NCBI GenBank assembly: GCA_963765675.1
Contig: CAVXXK010000004.1
Span: 229,998 to 293,997, forward strand
DNA length: 64,000 nucleotides
Origin: an uncultured delta proteobacterium
GTDB lineage: Bacteria; Desulfobacterota; Binatia; Binatales; Binataceae
Direction: 5' to 3'
The notes under the pieces are model-generated. The model made no database searches. It saw only the letters and a list, made by a program, of their open reading frames with translations, and was not told the origin of the DNA. The translations under genes and the position numbers were made by a program. Of this stretch, positions 8,539 through 16,926 are shown one piece after another; the stretch's first letter is position 1; every line of letters starts with the position of its first letter.

Positions 8539-9022
8539 CGCCCTCGGGGTCGATAGCGGTTGGATCCTCCGCCTCGGCCATGATTTCCTCTGGCGCGTCC
8601 GGCGTTTCCTGCTGGCGCTCGCGTTCGGCCTGCTGTGCTGCATATGCTGCGGCCCGCGCTTCGGCCGCGGCACGAGCCTCGGCGATACGCTGGTTGCGCG
8701 TCTCGATCTCCTCGCGCACCTTGGCCGCGTCGGCATTATCGTCCACCAGCACCGAGAGATAGCGCAGAACGGTGTCGGACAACTTTAGGTTGCGCTCGAC
8801 TTCGTTCATCACGGCGCCATCCGAAAGGTAATCGAGGCGGACGTAGTAGCCGCGGCGCTCGCCCTTGATCCGGTAGGCAAGCTCGCGCGACCCCCACTCC
8901 TCGTTCTCGACCACCTCGCCCCCGCCCTGGGAGACGATAGTCGAGAAGCGCTTGATAGTATCCTTGATTTGGGGCTCGCCCTGGTCGGGGCGAAGAATAA
9001 AAATTGTTTCGTAGCGCCTCAA
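8522..9022 (-). CDS. rpsF: 30S ribosomal protein S6 with long acidic C-terminal tail
   Basis: RRYETIFILRPD, WGSRELAYRI, GYYV, VLRYL; TTG start with AAGGAGG RBS. Confidence 0.99.
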   Translation of the reverse strand: MRRYETIFILRPDQGEPQIKDTIKRFSTIVSQGGGEVVENEEWGSRELAYRIKGERRGYYVRLDYLSDGAVMNEVERNLKLSDTVLRYLSVLVDDNADAAKVREEIETRNQRIAEARAAAEARAAAYAAQQAERERQQETPDAPEEIMAEAEDPTAIDPEGGGDQN

Positions 9023-9032
9023 AGCGCGCAGT

Positions 9033-9073
9033 CCTCCTTATGGTTTCTAGCCCCGAGTTTGGAGCAAGGAGCA
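9033..9073 (-). ncRNA. S6:S18 ribosomal protein leader RNA
   Basis: Minus strand TGCTCCTT-GCTCC-AAACTC-GGGGC-TAGAAACCAT-AAGGAGG: outer stem sequesters the SD, inner hairpin, CCA motif before the SD; matches the known rpsF leader architecture. Confidence 0.8.
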
Positions 9074-9217
9074 AACGACTAAACTATCATCCGCGTATCT
9101 GCCTAACAAGCCTAAACTCCGAATATACCGAGAATATTCTCGCTACCCTTGAGATTAACACCCGCTCTGTTATTGAGAAGGACAAATATCCGGTCGCGCG
9201 ACCCCAGGAGGATGAAA

Positions 9218-10360
9218 GTGGCAAAGGCAAAATCGAAAAAGGCTGCCCCCAAGCCTAAAAAGAAACAGGTCAAGGTAAAGGTCCGCGCCAAGCCGGCGCG
9301 AAAGCCAACTCCCAAGCCGGCGCCTAAGAAGAAAGCCGTGGCAGCGAGGCCGGTGGCGCGAGCTGCTGCGTCGCCGCGGCCGGCGGCCAGGCCTGCATCG
9401 CCCCCCGAACCGAGGATCCCGAGCTACGACGAGCTTCCGGTGCGGGCAGGAGCTCCAGAGGGCTCCGCGTGGGGCGTGTTCGGCGATCGCGACGAGGTCG
9501 GGACTATCAACCTGCTGACGCCCGGCCGAGTGCGCGCCGCGGCGGAGTCGATCCGGACCGGCAAAGTCTTCGCGCTCAACCTGCCGATTGACATTCCCAA
9601 TCCTCCCCTGTTCACCCGCCAGGCGCATCGCCATACGGTGAAAGAATTCCCCCCGCCGACGAATTTCGTACTCGACGATTATCTCGACAACTTCTATCCG
9701 CAGGCGTCCTCGCAATGGGACGCGCTCGCGCACGTGAAGCATCCGGTGCATGGCGCGTATAACGGAATCCCCGACAATGAGATGACCGGGCGCGGCGGCA
9801 CGCGGCTTGGCATCGACAATCTCGCGCGGCGCGGAATCGCGGGACGCGGGGTGCTGGCCGATATCGGCAGGCATTACGCGAAGGTGGGCAAGTCGATCGA
9901 TTACACCAAGGCGGAGTCGATTCCGCTCGAAGATCTGGAGGCGACGCTCACTGCACAGAAATCGCCTCTGCGTGCCGGCGATATCCTGCTGATTCGCATC
10001 GGATGGACCAAGTTCTACCTGGGCGCCAGCACCGAGCTCAAAGAGGAACTCGCGCGCGAAACGGTCGTGCCGGGAATCGAGGGCAGCCAGCGCGTCGCGC
10101 GATGGCTCTGGGAGCATCACCTGGCCGCGGTCGCATCTGATTCACCCGCGCTCGAAGCGCTGCCGAAATCGGGCGACCAGGAGTTCCTGCATTTTCACAT
10201 GCTGGCGTTCTTCGGAATGCCAATCGGCGAGATGTGGAATCTCGAGCCGCTGGCGGAAGACTGCGCGGCTGACGGCGTGTACGAATTTTTCCTGACCTCG
10301 GCGCCGCTCAATGTGCCCGGCGGAGTCGGCTCGCCGCCCAACGCGCTCGCGATCAAGTAG
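9218..10360 (+). CDS. Cyclase family (kynurenine formamidase-like) metallohydrolase with Lys/Pro/Ala-rich N-terminal tail
   Basis: SAWGVFGDRDEVGTINLL, QASSQWDALAH, GDILLIRIGW, VASDSPALE, PIGEMWNLEPL, GGVGSPPNALAI; AGGAGG before GTG 9218. Confidence 0.9.
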   Translation: MAKAKSKKAAPKPKKKQVKVKVRAKPARKPTPKPAPKKKAVAARPVARAAASPRPAARPASPPEPRIPSYDELPVRAGAPEGSAWGVFGDRDEVGTINLLTPGRVRAAAESIRTGKVFALNLPIDIPNPPLFTRQAHRHTVKEFPPPTNFVLDDYLDNFYPQASSQWDALAHVKHPVHGAYNGIPDNEMTGRGGTRLGIDNLARRGIAGRGVLADIGRHYAKVGKSIDYTKAESIPLEDLEATLTAQKSPLRAGDILLIRIGWTKFYLGASTELKEELARETVVPGIEGSQRVARWLWEHHLAAVASDSPALEALPKSGDQEFLHFHMLAFFGMPIGEMWNLEPLAEDCAADGVYEFFLTSAPLNVPGGVGSPPNALAIK

Positions 10361-10398
10361 AATGCCAGTCGATTAGATTGAAATTAGCGTGAAATTAA

Positions 10399-10430
10399 GA
10401 TGCGGGCGAGGAATTAACCTCGCCCGCATC
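10399..10430. terminator. Hairpin between convergent genes, probable terminator
   Basis: Perfect 13-bp stem GATGCGGGCGAGG-AATTAA-CCTCGCCCGCATC. Confidence 0.7.
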
Positions 10431-10475
10431 GCTTAGGGTTTCCCCCCAACCCGAGATCGTCGCGGTGATCTCAAG

Positions 10476-11609
10476 TCATGCGGTGTCACCCATCATTTCG
10501 GCGAAGTTGCGGCTATAGAACCGCTCTTTCGCTTGCTCACTGACCTGGCCCATCGTCGCCTCGAAGCGGCCGATTGGATCTTTGGTCCCCTCCGGATGCG
10601 GATAATCGGTCGAGAACAGCAGCATCTCGGGGCCTGAATTCTCGATGATCCAGCCCACCGGCTCGTTCGGAAAAGGGGTGAACTTCACCTGCCGGCGCAG
10701 GTAATCCGACGCTTTGAGCGGCAGGTTCAGCGCCGGTTCGGTCTTGCGAAAACTCTGCTGACAGATATCGAGGCGGCGCAGCAGCGCGGGCAGGTACATC
10801 GCGCCCTGCTCGATTACGCCGCCCTGCAGTTTCGGGAATTTCTCGAAGATTCCGTCGAGCACCATGCAGGCCAGGAATTGTTCGGGCGTCTGGTGGATCA
10901 CCATGTAGTCTTTCGCGCGCACGTTCTCGCCGCCGCCCAGCCAATCGGTGGTCGGCGCGAGTCCGTTGTCGTTGAATGCCCGGCGCAGCGCGCGGCCGCC
11001 TCCACCGATGTGCAGCATGAACGGAATCCCGCGCTCCTGGAGCATCGCCCACAGCGGATGAAAATCAGGATGCGTCGGCGACTTGGCGCCCGGCATCGAG
11101 TTCACCAGCATCGCGCCGCACCCAGCGTCGAGCGCGGCTTCGGCCTCCGCGCAGGTACGCTCGCCCCACGGGACCGAGCCAACCGCAATCAGGCGGCGGT
11201 CAACGGAGCAGAAGTCCGCGATCGCGCGGTTGAGTGCACGCGTGCCGCCCCACAGAAGCTCCGCGTCGCTACCGAGAAACTGGGAAAAGGCGAAGGTCGG
11301 GAATACGAGCTGCCTATCCACGCCGATCAGATCGAGCGCGCGGCTGCGCTCGGCCGGATCGAATGCGCCCAGCGCGAGCCATCCCTTGGGCGTCATCACG
11401 TTTTCTTCGAGCTTGACGGTCGCGCGCGGATCGGCGGCGCGCGCCTTGGCCTGCGCGATAAGTTCCGCGGCTTTGGCGCCCGCTCCGCCCAGATAGAGCG
11501 GGCGGATCCGTTCGCGGATGCCGGGGTCGGCGTACTTCGGGAGCCATTCGCTCAGCTCCATCAGATGGCTGTCGGCGTCGTAAAAAGTCCGGCCTTGGGC
11601 GTAGGGCAT
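10476..11609 (-). CDS. Amidohydrolase_2 family protein
   Basis: YDADSHLME, FMLHIG, FSTDYPHPEG. Confidence 0.92.
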   Translation of the reverse strand: MPYAQGRTFYDADSHLMELSEWLPKYADPGIRERIRPLYLGGAGAKAAELIAQAKARAADPRATVKLEENVMTPKGWLALGAFDPAERSRALDLIGVDRQLVFPTFAFSQFLGSDAELLWGGTRALNRAIADFCSVDRRLIAVGSVPWGERTCAEAEAALDAGCGAMLVNSMPGAKSPTHPDFHPLWAMLQERGIPFMLHIGGGGRALRRAFNDNGLAPTTDWLGGGENVRAKDYMVIHQTPEQFLACMVLDGIFEKFPKLQGGVIEQGAMYLPALLRRLDICQQSFRKTEPALNLPLKASDYLRRQVKFTPFPNEPVGWIIENSGPEMLLFSTDYPHPEGTKDPIGRFEATMGQVSEQAKERFYSRNFAEMMGDTA

Positions 11610-11679
11610 TGCTGGTTCCCTCGACTATAATGCGCACACTGATCGTCCAGGGTTGCGCTCGGGTGAAATCTAGTTTGAA

Positions 11680-11705
11680 TTGACGCTACCGTCAACTGGC
11701 GTCAA
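11680..11705. promoter_or_regulatory. Candidate TetR operator
   Basis: TTGACG-CTAC-CGTCAA inverted repeat (11680-11695) plus an extra CGTCAA half-site (11700-11705) in the divergent intergenic region. Confidence 0.55.
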
Positions 11706-11744
11706 CCGGAAGATTATGCGCAATCTGGCGGGAAGGTCCTTGCG

Positions 11745-12386
11745 ATGACTCATGTGACCGCCGCCGAAAAATCTGCCGTCAGGTCCGCGGAACGCCAGGC
11801 TCCCGCGCGGATGCCTGCGGCCGCCCGCCGTGCGCATCTGCTGCAGGCGGCGGCACGGATCATCGTGAAGGAAGGCTTCGAGGCGCTCACGATGGAATCG
11901 CTGGCCGCGCACGCCGGCGTCAGCAAGGGACTCGGCTACGCCTACTTCGAGAACTCGGAAGAAGTCGCGCTGGCGCTATTCGATCAGGAAATCGCCTCGA
12001 TGTACCGCAGGGTCGGCGACGCGATGGACGCGGAGGCACCGTTCGAGGAGCGGGTGCGCGCCGCGATATCGACCTACCTTGATATCGTCGACGATCGCGG
12101 CGCGCTGATCGCGATCCTGCAGAATCGGCTGAGCGGGCGGCGGTTGCGCAAGAATGTGCGCGCGCGCCTGGGGCCGTTTTTCGAGCTATGGACGCGGCAT
12201 ATTCGAACCGCGCTAAAGCCCTCGCGCGCGGATGCGGAGATACTCACCACGATGGTCTTGAGCCTGTCGGACTCGATTGGGCGCGCCGTCGGCACCGGCC
12301 GCGCATCACGCCGCGCGGCCGAAGAGCTGGCCGTCGCGTTCGTGATCGCCGGACTCACCGGCGCCACCACCCACAAGCGCAATTGA
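11745..12386 (+). CDS. TetR/AcrR family transcriptional regulator
   Basis: GFEALTMESLAAHAGVSKGLGYAYF helix-turn-helix. Confidence 0.93.
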   Translation: MTHVTAAEKSAVRSAERQAPARMPAAARRAHLLQAAARIIVKEGFEALTMESLAAHAGVSKGLGYAYFENSEEVALALFDQEIASMYRRVGDAMDAEAPFEERVRAAISTYLDIVDDRGALIAILQNRLSGRRLRKNVRARLGPFFELWTRHIRTALKPSRADAEILTTMVLSLSDSIGRAVGTGRASRRAAEELAVAFVIAGLTGATTHKRN

Positions 12387-12412
12387 CGCGAGTCCCGCTC
12401 CTGTGCGAAGCG

Positions 12413-13699
12413 CTAGTGGCCGGCTTTCGCCATCGCCTCGGTGCTCAGGAACTCCTTATCGACCGCGCCCATGTTGATATACCAGCATTCGCGCTCGGGC
12501 GTGTCGGGGCCGGGCAGATAACAGGTCGTCACCATCCCGGATTGCAAGTCAGCGCTCGAGGCTGCGACGTTGAACTCGCGCTTGAAGGGATAAATCGCGA
12601 CCTTGGCTTCAGGAATCGGACGATCGCGATAAGTGAAAAGATAAATCTGCGTTTTCCACAACTCGCCCCTGGTGTCGTAGCTGTCCATGTACGGATTGAG
12701 CCACGCTTCGCCATCGACGTAGGCGATCGTCTTGGATTGCAGGATCTGGCTGGTCCGCTCCGGACGCGGGGTTATCTCGACGATGTACATGTGCCGCATC
12801 TCCCAATCGTCGGGACATGAAGTCGCGCCGCCGTCGGTCGGGCACGGATGCGCCGGCGAATTCTGCGCGTGGACGCACGCGAGCATCTCGCGCTCGCCCA
12901 GAAACTTGTAGTTGTATTCCTGCGGCTTGGCGTTGAAGCCGCCCGCATGATCGGGATCCCAGGTCGATAGCCCCGGCGACGAGGTCAGAATCGTCTCGTT
13001 GACGCGGCGGATACGCCGACTGCCCGACAGAAAGGCCCACGCGTCGTCGCCTTTGTCGGGGTCCCAGTAGCGATAGCGCATCCCGCCGCTGCCGCGATCT
13101 TCCGCGGGCGCGATAGTTGGATACGCGGCGGCGCGCCACCAGATACCTGTGGTTTTGAAATCAGGATCGGCGGGCAGCGGCTCGACTTCGGTGCGGCCGA
13201 TATCGTAGTAGCCGGCGAGGTGTCCGGTCTCCGTGAAGGTGATCAGATTCTGAGCGCCGCCGGGATTGAAACGCGAGACCTGGCACTCGAAATAGCGCAG
13301 ATCGAAATCGTCGGTCGCGATCGGCTTGAAGTTCGAGTTCCACATGATCTTGGTCGCAACGTCGGGATCGTTTGGATCGAGCAGCGGAAACGGCTGCCCC
13401 GCGACGTAACCGATAATCGTGCGGCGGTCCGGCCCTAGGCGCACTTGCGGCGAGTACTTCTCGGTCGCAATCTGATAGGGAGGCGGCCATTCGATTCGTC
13501 CCGGCGCGACGATATGCATCTGCATCCCCTTGGTCACCGCCTGGTAAGTGCCGGGGCTCACGAGAGTCTGGACCTCCGCAGCGTTTGCCTGAGTGATAGT
13601 TTCGCCGGGTTTTACTTCGGCGGCGAGTACTGGATTACCGAAGACGAGCAACATGGCCACGGCCAGAGGAGCAGACTTCGCGAGGGATGGAATTTTCAT
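12413..13699 (-). CDS. DUF1329 family exported protein
   Basis: Signal peptide, GETITQAN, ATEKYS, GQPFP...KIMWN, RRIRR, YDTRGELWK. Confidence 0.85.
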   Translation of the reverse strand: MKIPSLAKSAPLAVAMLLVFGNPVLAAEVKPGETITQANAAEVQTLVSPGTYQAVTKGMQMHIVAPGRIEWPPPYQIATEKYSPQVRLGPDRRTIIGYVAGQPFPLLDPNDPDVATKIMWNSNFKPIATDDFDLRYFECQVSRFNPGGAQNLITFTETGHLAGYYDIGRTEVEPLPADPDFKTTGIWWRAAAYPTIAPAEDRGSGGMRYRYWDPDKGDDAWAFLSGSRRIRRVNETILTSSPGLSTWDPDHAGGFNAKPQEYNYKFLGEREMLACVHAQNSPAHPCPTDGGATSCPDDWEMRHMYIVEITPRPERTSQILQSKTIAYVDGEAWLNPYMDSYDTRGELWKTQIYLFTYRDRPIPEAKVAIYPFKREFNVAASSADLQSGMVTTCYLPGPDTPERECWYINMGAVDKEFLSTEAMAKAGH

Positions 13700-13826
13700 G
13701 CGCGTGACCCTATCACGCGTTAGAGAACTAGCGCTAATCATCGAAGGCGGGCGGCCGGAACACGTGGCACCTCCCTTTCAGGGCGATGGCTCAGCGTGAG
13801 ATCAGAAAGATGGGCTCGGAGAGATT

Positions 13827-15314
13827 TCAGACGGGGCCGGTGAAGAAGTGCAGGGAGCGGGTCGCGAAGGACATTACTGGAGCCCAGTAGATTCCGAGAA
13901 TGATCGTCGCGCAGGCGAGGACGCCCATCAGGCCGTAGTTCCAGAAATCAAATGTAACAGTGCCTTCGTCGCCATTGGGGGTGTCCAGGAACATCGTCTT
14001 GATCGGGCCCATGTAGTAATAAAGCGAGACTACCGCGTTCAGAACTCCGACCAGCGCCAGCCAGTAGAACTTGCCCTTGATTACCGCGGCGAACAGATAG
14101 AACTTGCCGATGAATCCTATCGTTAGAGGGATTCCGGTTAGAGAGAAGAGGAAGATTGTCAGCGCGACCGCAGGTACGATTCCGCCGCGCCAGGCGAGGC
14201 CGCGGTAGGCGCCGATATCTTCACGGCCGGTCGAGTTGGCGACGATCATCACCACCAGGAACGCGCCCGCGTCCATCACGTAGTAGGCAAAGAGGTAGAA
14301 CAGCATCGCGCGGATTCCGTCGTTCGACAGCACGACGAAACCCATCAGCGCGTAGCCGGCCTGCGCGATCGAGGAGTACGCGAGCAGGCGCTTCATGTTG
14401 GTCTGCTGCAGCGCGGCCAGGTTGCCGAGCGTCATCGTGATCATGCAGATGAAGAGCAGCAGTTCGGGCCAATCGACGCCCGTGAGCGCCTGCCAATTGC
14501 CGGCCGCGGTCATCGACGACAGGGCGGGATAGAAAAATCGCGTCAGCAGCGCGAATCCCGCGGCCTTCGAGCCGATCGCGAGGAAGGTCGTTATCGGAAT
14601 CGGCGCGCCCTGGTAGACGTCGGGCGCCCACATGTGAAACGGCACCGACGCGACTTTGTAGCCCATCCCGGCCAGGATCAGCACGAGCGAGATAAACACC
14701 GCGAGGACCGGGATATGTCCGGGGCTCGTCAGCGCGCGGTTGATCACGTTGAAATCGAGCGAGCCGGTGATTCCGAAAATCCAGCTCATCCCGTAGATCA
14801 TCGTGCCCGAGGCGACGCCGCCGTAGATCAGGTATTTCAGCGCGGCTTCGAGCGAGCGGCGGTTGTGTTTCAGAAATCCGGTCAGGATATAGGAAGTCAG
14901 CGAGACGAATTCGAGCGCGAGATACGCCATCAGCAGATTCGCCGACTCCGCCATCAGGAACATTGCGAACGTGCTCGCCAGCAGAATCGCGTAGTACTCG
15001 CCCTGATCGCATCCGCGGACTTCTTCCGATCCGATCGACATCCAGACCGCGACGATCGCGGCCAGCGCGATCAGCGCGCGGAAAAAAATCGCGAACGAAT
15101 CGAATACCAGCATCCGATGGAACAGCCACGCACCCGGGGTGATTGGCTCGAGCGCGATCAGCAGCAGCGCGACAACAGTGATGAGCAGCGCGATATCGCC
15201 GAGCCGGCGCTTATCCGCCATCAGCAGATCCAGGATCACCAGCAGCAGAATTCCGCCGGCGAGCACCAGCTCGGGCGCAAAGTGAATCAGGCTCGCGTAA
15301 TTGCCGAGGTCCAT
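13827..15314 (-). CDS. nuoN: Complex I subunit N
   Basis: EAALKYLI, KVASVPFHMWAPDVYQGAP, KRLLAYSSIAQAGY, GFIGKFYLF. Confidence 0.97.
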   Translation of the reverse strand: MDLGNYASLIHFAPELVLAGGILLLVILDLLMADKRRLGDIALLITVVALLLIALEPITPGAWLFHRMLVFDSFAIFFRALIALAAIVAVWMSIGSEEVRGCDQGEYYAILLASTFAMFLMAESANLLMAYLALEFVSLTSYILTGFLKHNRRSLEAALKYLIYGGVASGTMIYGMSWIFGITGSLDFNVINRALTSPGHIPVLAVFISLVLILAGMGYKVASVPFHMWAPDVYQGAPIPITTFLAIGSKAAGFALLTRFFYPALSSMTAAGNWQALTGVDWPELLLFICMITMTLGNLAALQQTNMKRLLAYSSIAQAGYALMGFVVLSNDGIRAMLFYLFAYYVMDAGAFLVVMIVANSTGREDIGAYRGLAWRGGIVPAVALTIFLFSLTGIPLTIGFIGKFYLFAAVIKGKFYWLALVGVLNAVVSLYYYMGPIKTMFLDTPNGDEGTVTFDFWNYGLMGVLACATIILGIYWAPVMSFATRSLHFFTGPV

Positions 15315-15347
15315 CAGCGCATCATCCCATCAGTCCGTCAGTTGCCA

Positions 15348-16847
15348 TCAATGCCAGAGCGCAATCGCGGAGACCGGCGTTGACAGCACCACCTGGTTCA
15401 GATGCGTGAGCGAGCTATTGAGCAGGCCCAGCACCGCATGCGGATAGACGCCGAGGATCAGCACGATGATCGCGAGCGGCACGAGGGTGAACGCCTCGCG
15501 CAGCGAGAGGTCGGCGAAGCCCTTGTACTTTTCGTTGAACGGCCCGAGGTAGATTCGCTGATAGGTCCAGAGCAGGTAGCCGGCGGTCAGGATCGCGGTC
15601 GCAGCGGCGAACACCGTCATAATCGGATAGGTCTGCCACGCGCCGATCAGGACCAGCACTTCGGAAATGAACGCCGACATTCCGGGCAGGCCCATCCCGG
15701 CGAAGAACGCGAAGCCGGTGAAGGCGGCGTAGATCGGCATCTGCTGCGCAAGGCCGCCGAAGCCCGCGATCTCGCGATGATGCGCGCGATCGTAAATCAC
15801 GCCGACCAGGATGAAGAGCATCGCCGTGATAGTGCCGTGATTGAACATCTGGAGGACGGCGCCGTCGATTCCCGCGGCGGTGAACGACGCGATTCCGAGC
15901 ATCACGTAGCCCATGTGGCTGATCGACGAATAGGCGATGAGCTTCTTGTAGTCGGTCTGCGCCATCGCGCACATCGCGCCGTAAACGATATTGATCGTGC
16001 CGATCACGCCGAGGAACAGCCACGCGAGCTCGTGGGTCGCGGCGGGCAGAATCGCGAAGTTGACGCGCAGGATTCCGTAGGTGCCCATCTTGAGCAGCAC
16101 GCCTGCGAGGATCACGGAGATCGCGGTCGGTGCTTCGACGTGCGCGTCGGGCAGCCAGGTGTGGAACGGGAAGGCGGGAATCTTGATCGCGAAGCCGATG
16201 AACAGCGCGATCCATGCGACGCGCTGGAAAGCGATCGAGTAGTGCGAGGCGTTGGCCGCGAGCACCGTCATGTCGAAGGTGTTCTGCGCGCCGTAGAAAT
16301 ACAGCCCCAGCATCGCCAGCAGGATCAGCACGGAGCCGAGCAGGGTGTAGAGGAAGAACTTGATCGCGGCGTACTCGCGCCGCGGACCGCCCCACACGCC
16401 GATCAGGAAGTACATCGGCAGCAGCATCACTTCCCAGAAAATGTAGAACAGGAAAAAATCCAGCGAGACGAAGACGCCCATCATCCCGGCGTCGAGCATC
16501 AAGAGCAGCGCGTAATAGGCCTTCTCGGCGCGGTTGATCCCGAAGCTTGCGAACACGGAGATAAAGCAGATGAGCGCCGTCAGCAGCACCATCGAGATGC
16601 TGATCCCGTCAACCCCCATGAAGTAGGTGATGTGATACGAGGGCATCCAGTTGAACTTGTCGACGAATTGAGCGGCGGTGGTGGTGGTGTCGAAGGCGCG
16701 ATAGAGCCAAATCGCGATCGCGAGCTGCACGCCGGCGGCGACCGCGGCAATCCACCTGAAGCTGCTGCTCATCGCCTTCGGCAAGGCCAGGATAATTACC
16801 GCTCCGATTAAGGGAACGAACGTGATCAGTGTGAGAGGATGGCTCAT
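15348..16847 (-). CDS. nuoM: Complex I subunit M
   Basis: FWEVMLLPMY, PFHTWLPDAHVEAPT, LLKMGTYG, IAYSSISHMG. Confidence 0.97.
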   Translation of the reverse strand: MSHPLTLITFVPLIGAVIILALPKAMSSSFRWIAAVAAGVQLAIAIWLYRAFDTTTTAAQFVDKFNWMPSYHITYFMGVDGISISMVLLTALICFISVFASFGINRAEKAYYALLLMLDAGMMGVFVSLDFFLFYIFWEVMLLPMYFLIGVWGGPRREYAAIKFFLYTLLGSVLILLAMLGLYFYGAQNTFDMTVLAANASHYSIAFQRVAWIALFIGFAIKIPAFPFHTWLPDAHVEAPTAISVILAGVLLKMGTYGILRVNFAILPAATHELAWLFLGVIGTINIVYGAMCAMAQTDYKKLIAYSSISHMGYVMLGIASFTAAGIDGAVLQMFNHGTITAMLFILVGVIYDRAHHREIAGFGGLAQQMPIYAAFTGFAFFAGMGLPGMSAFISEVLVLIGAWQTYPIMTVFAAATAILTAGYLLWTYQRIYLGPFNEKYKGFADLSLREAFTLVPLAIIVLILGVYPHAVLGLLNSSLTHLNQVVLSTPVSAIALWH

Positions 16848-16926
16848 TTTGAATAGTGCTCTTGTTCAGAAAGGCTCTTGCCGGCTAACCAACTTTTCCG
16901 CTACTGCGTTTCCCCGCGCGGCCCGC

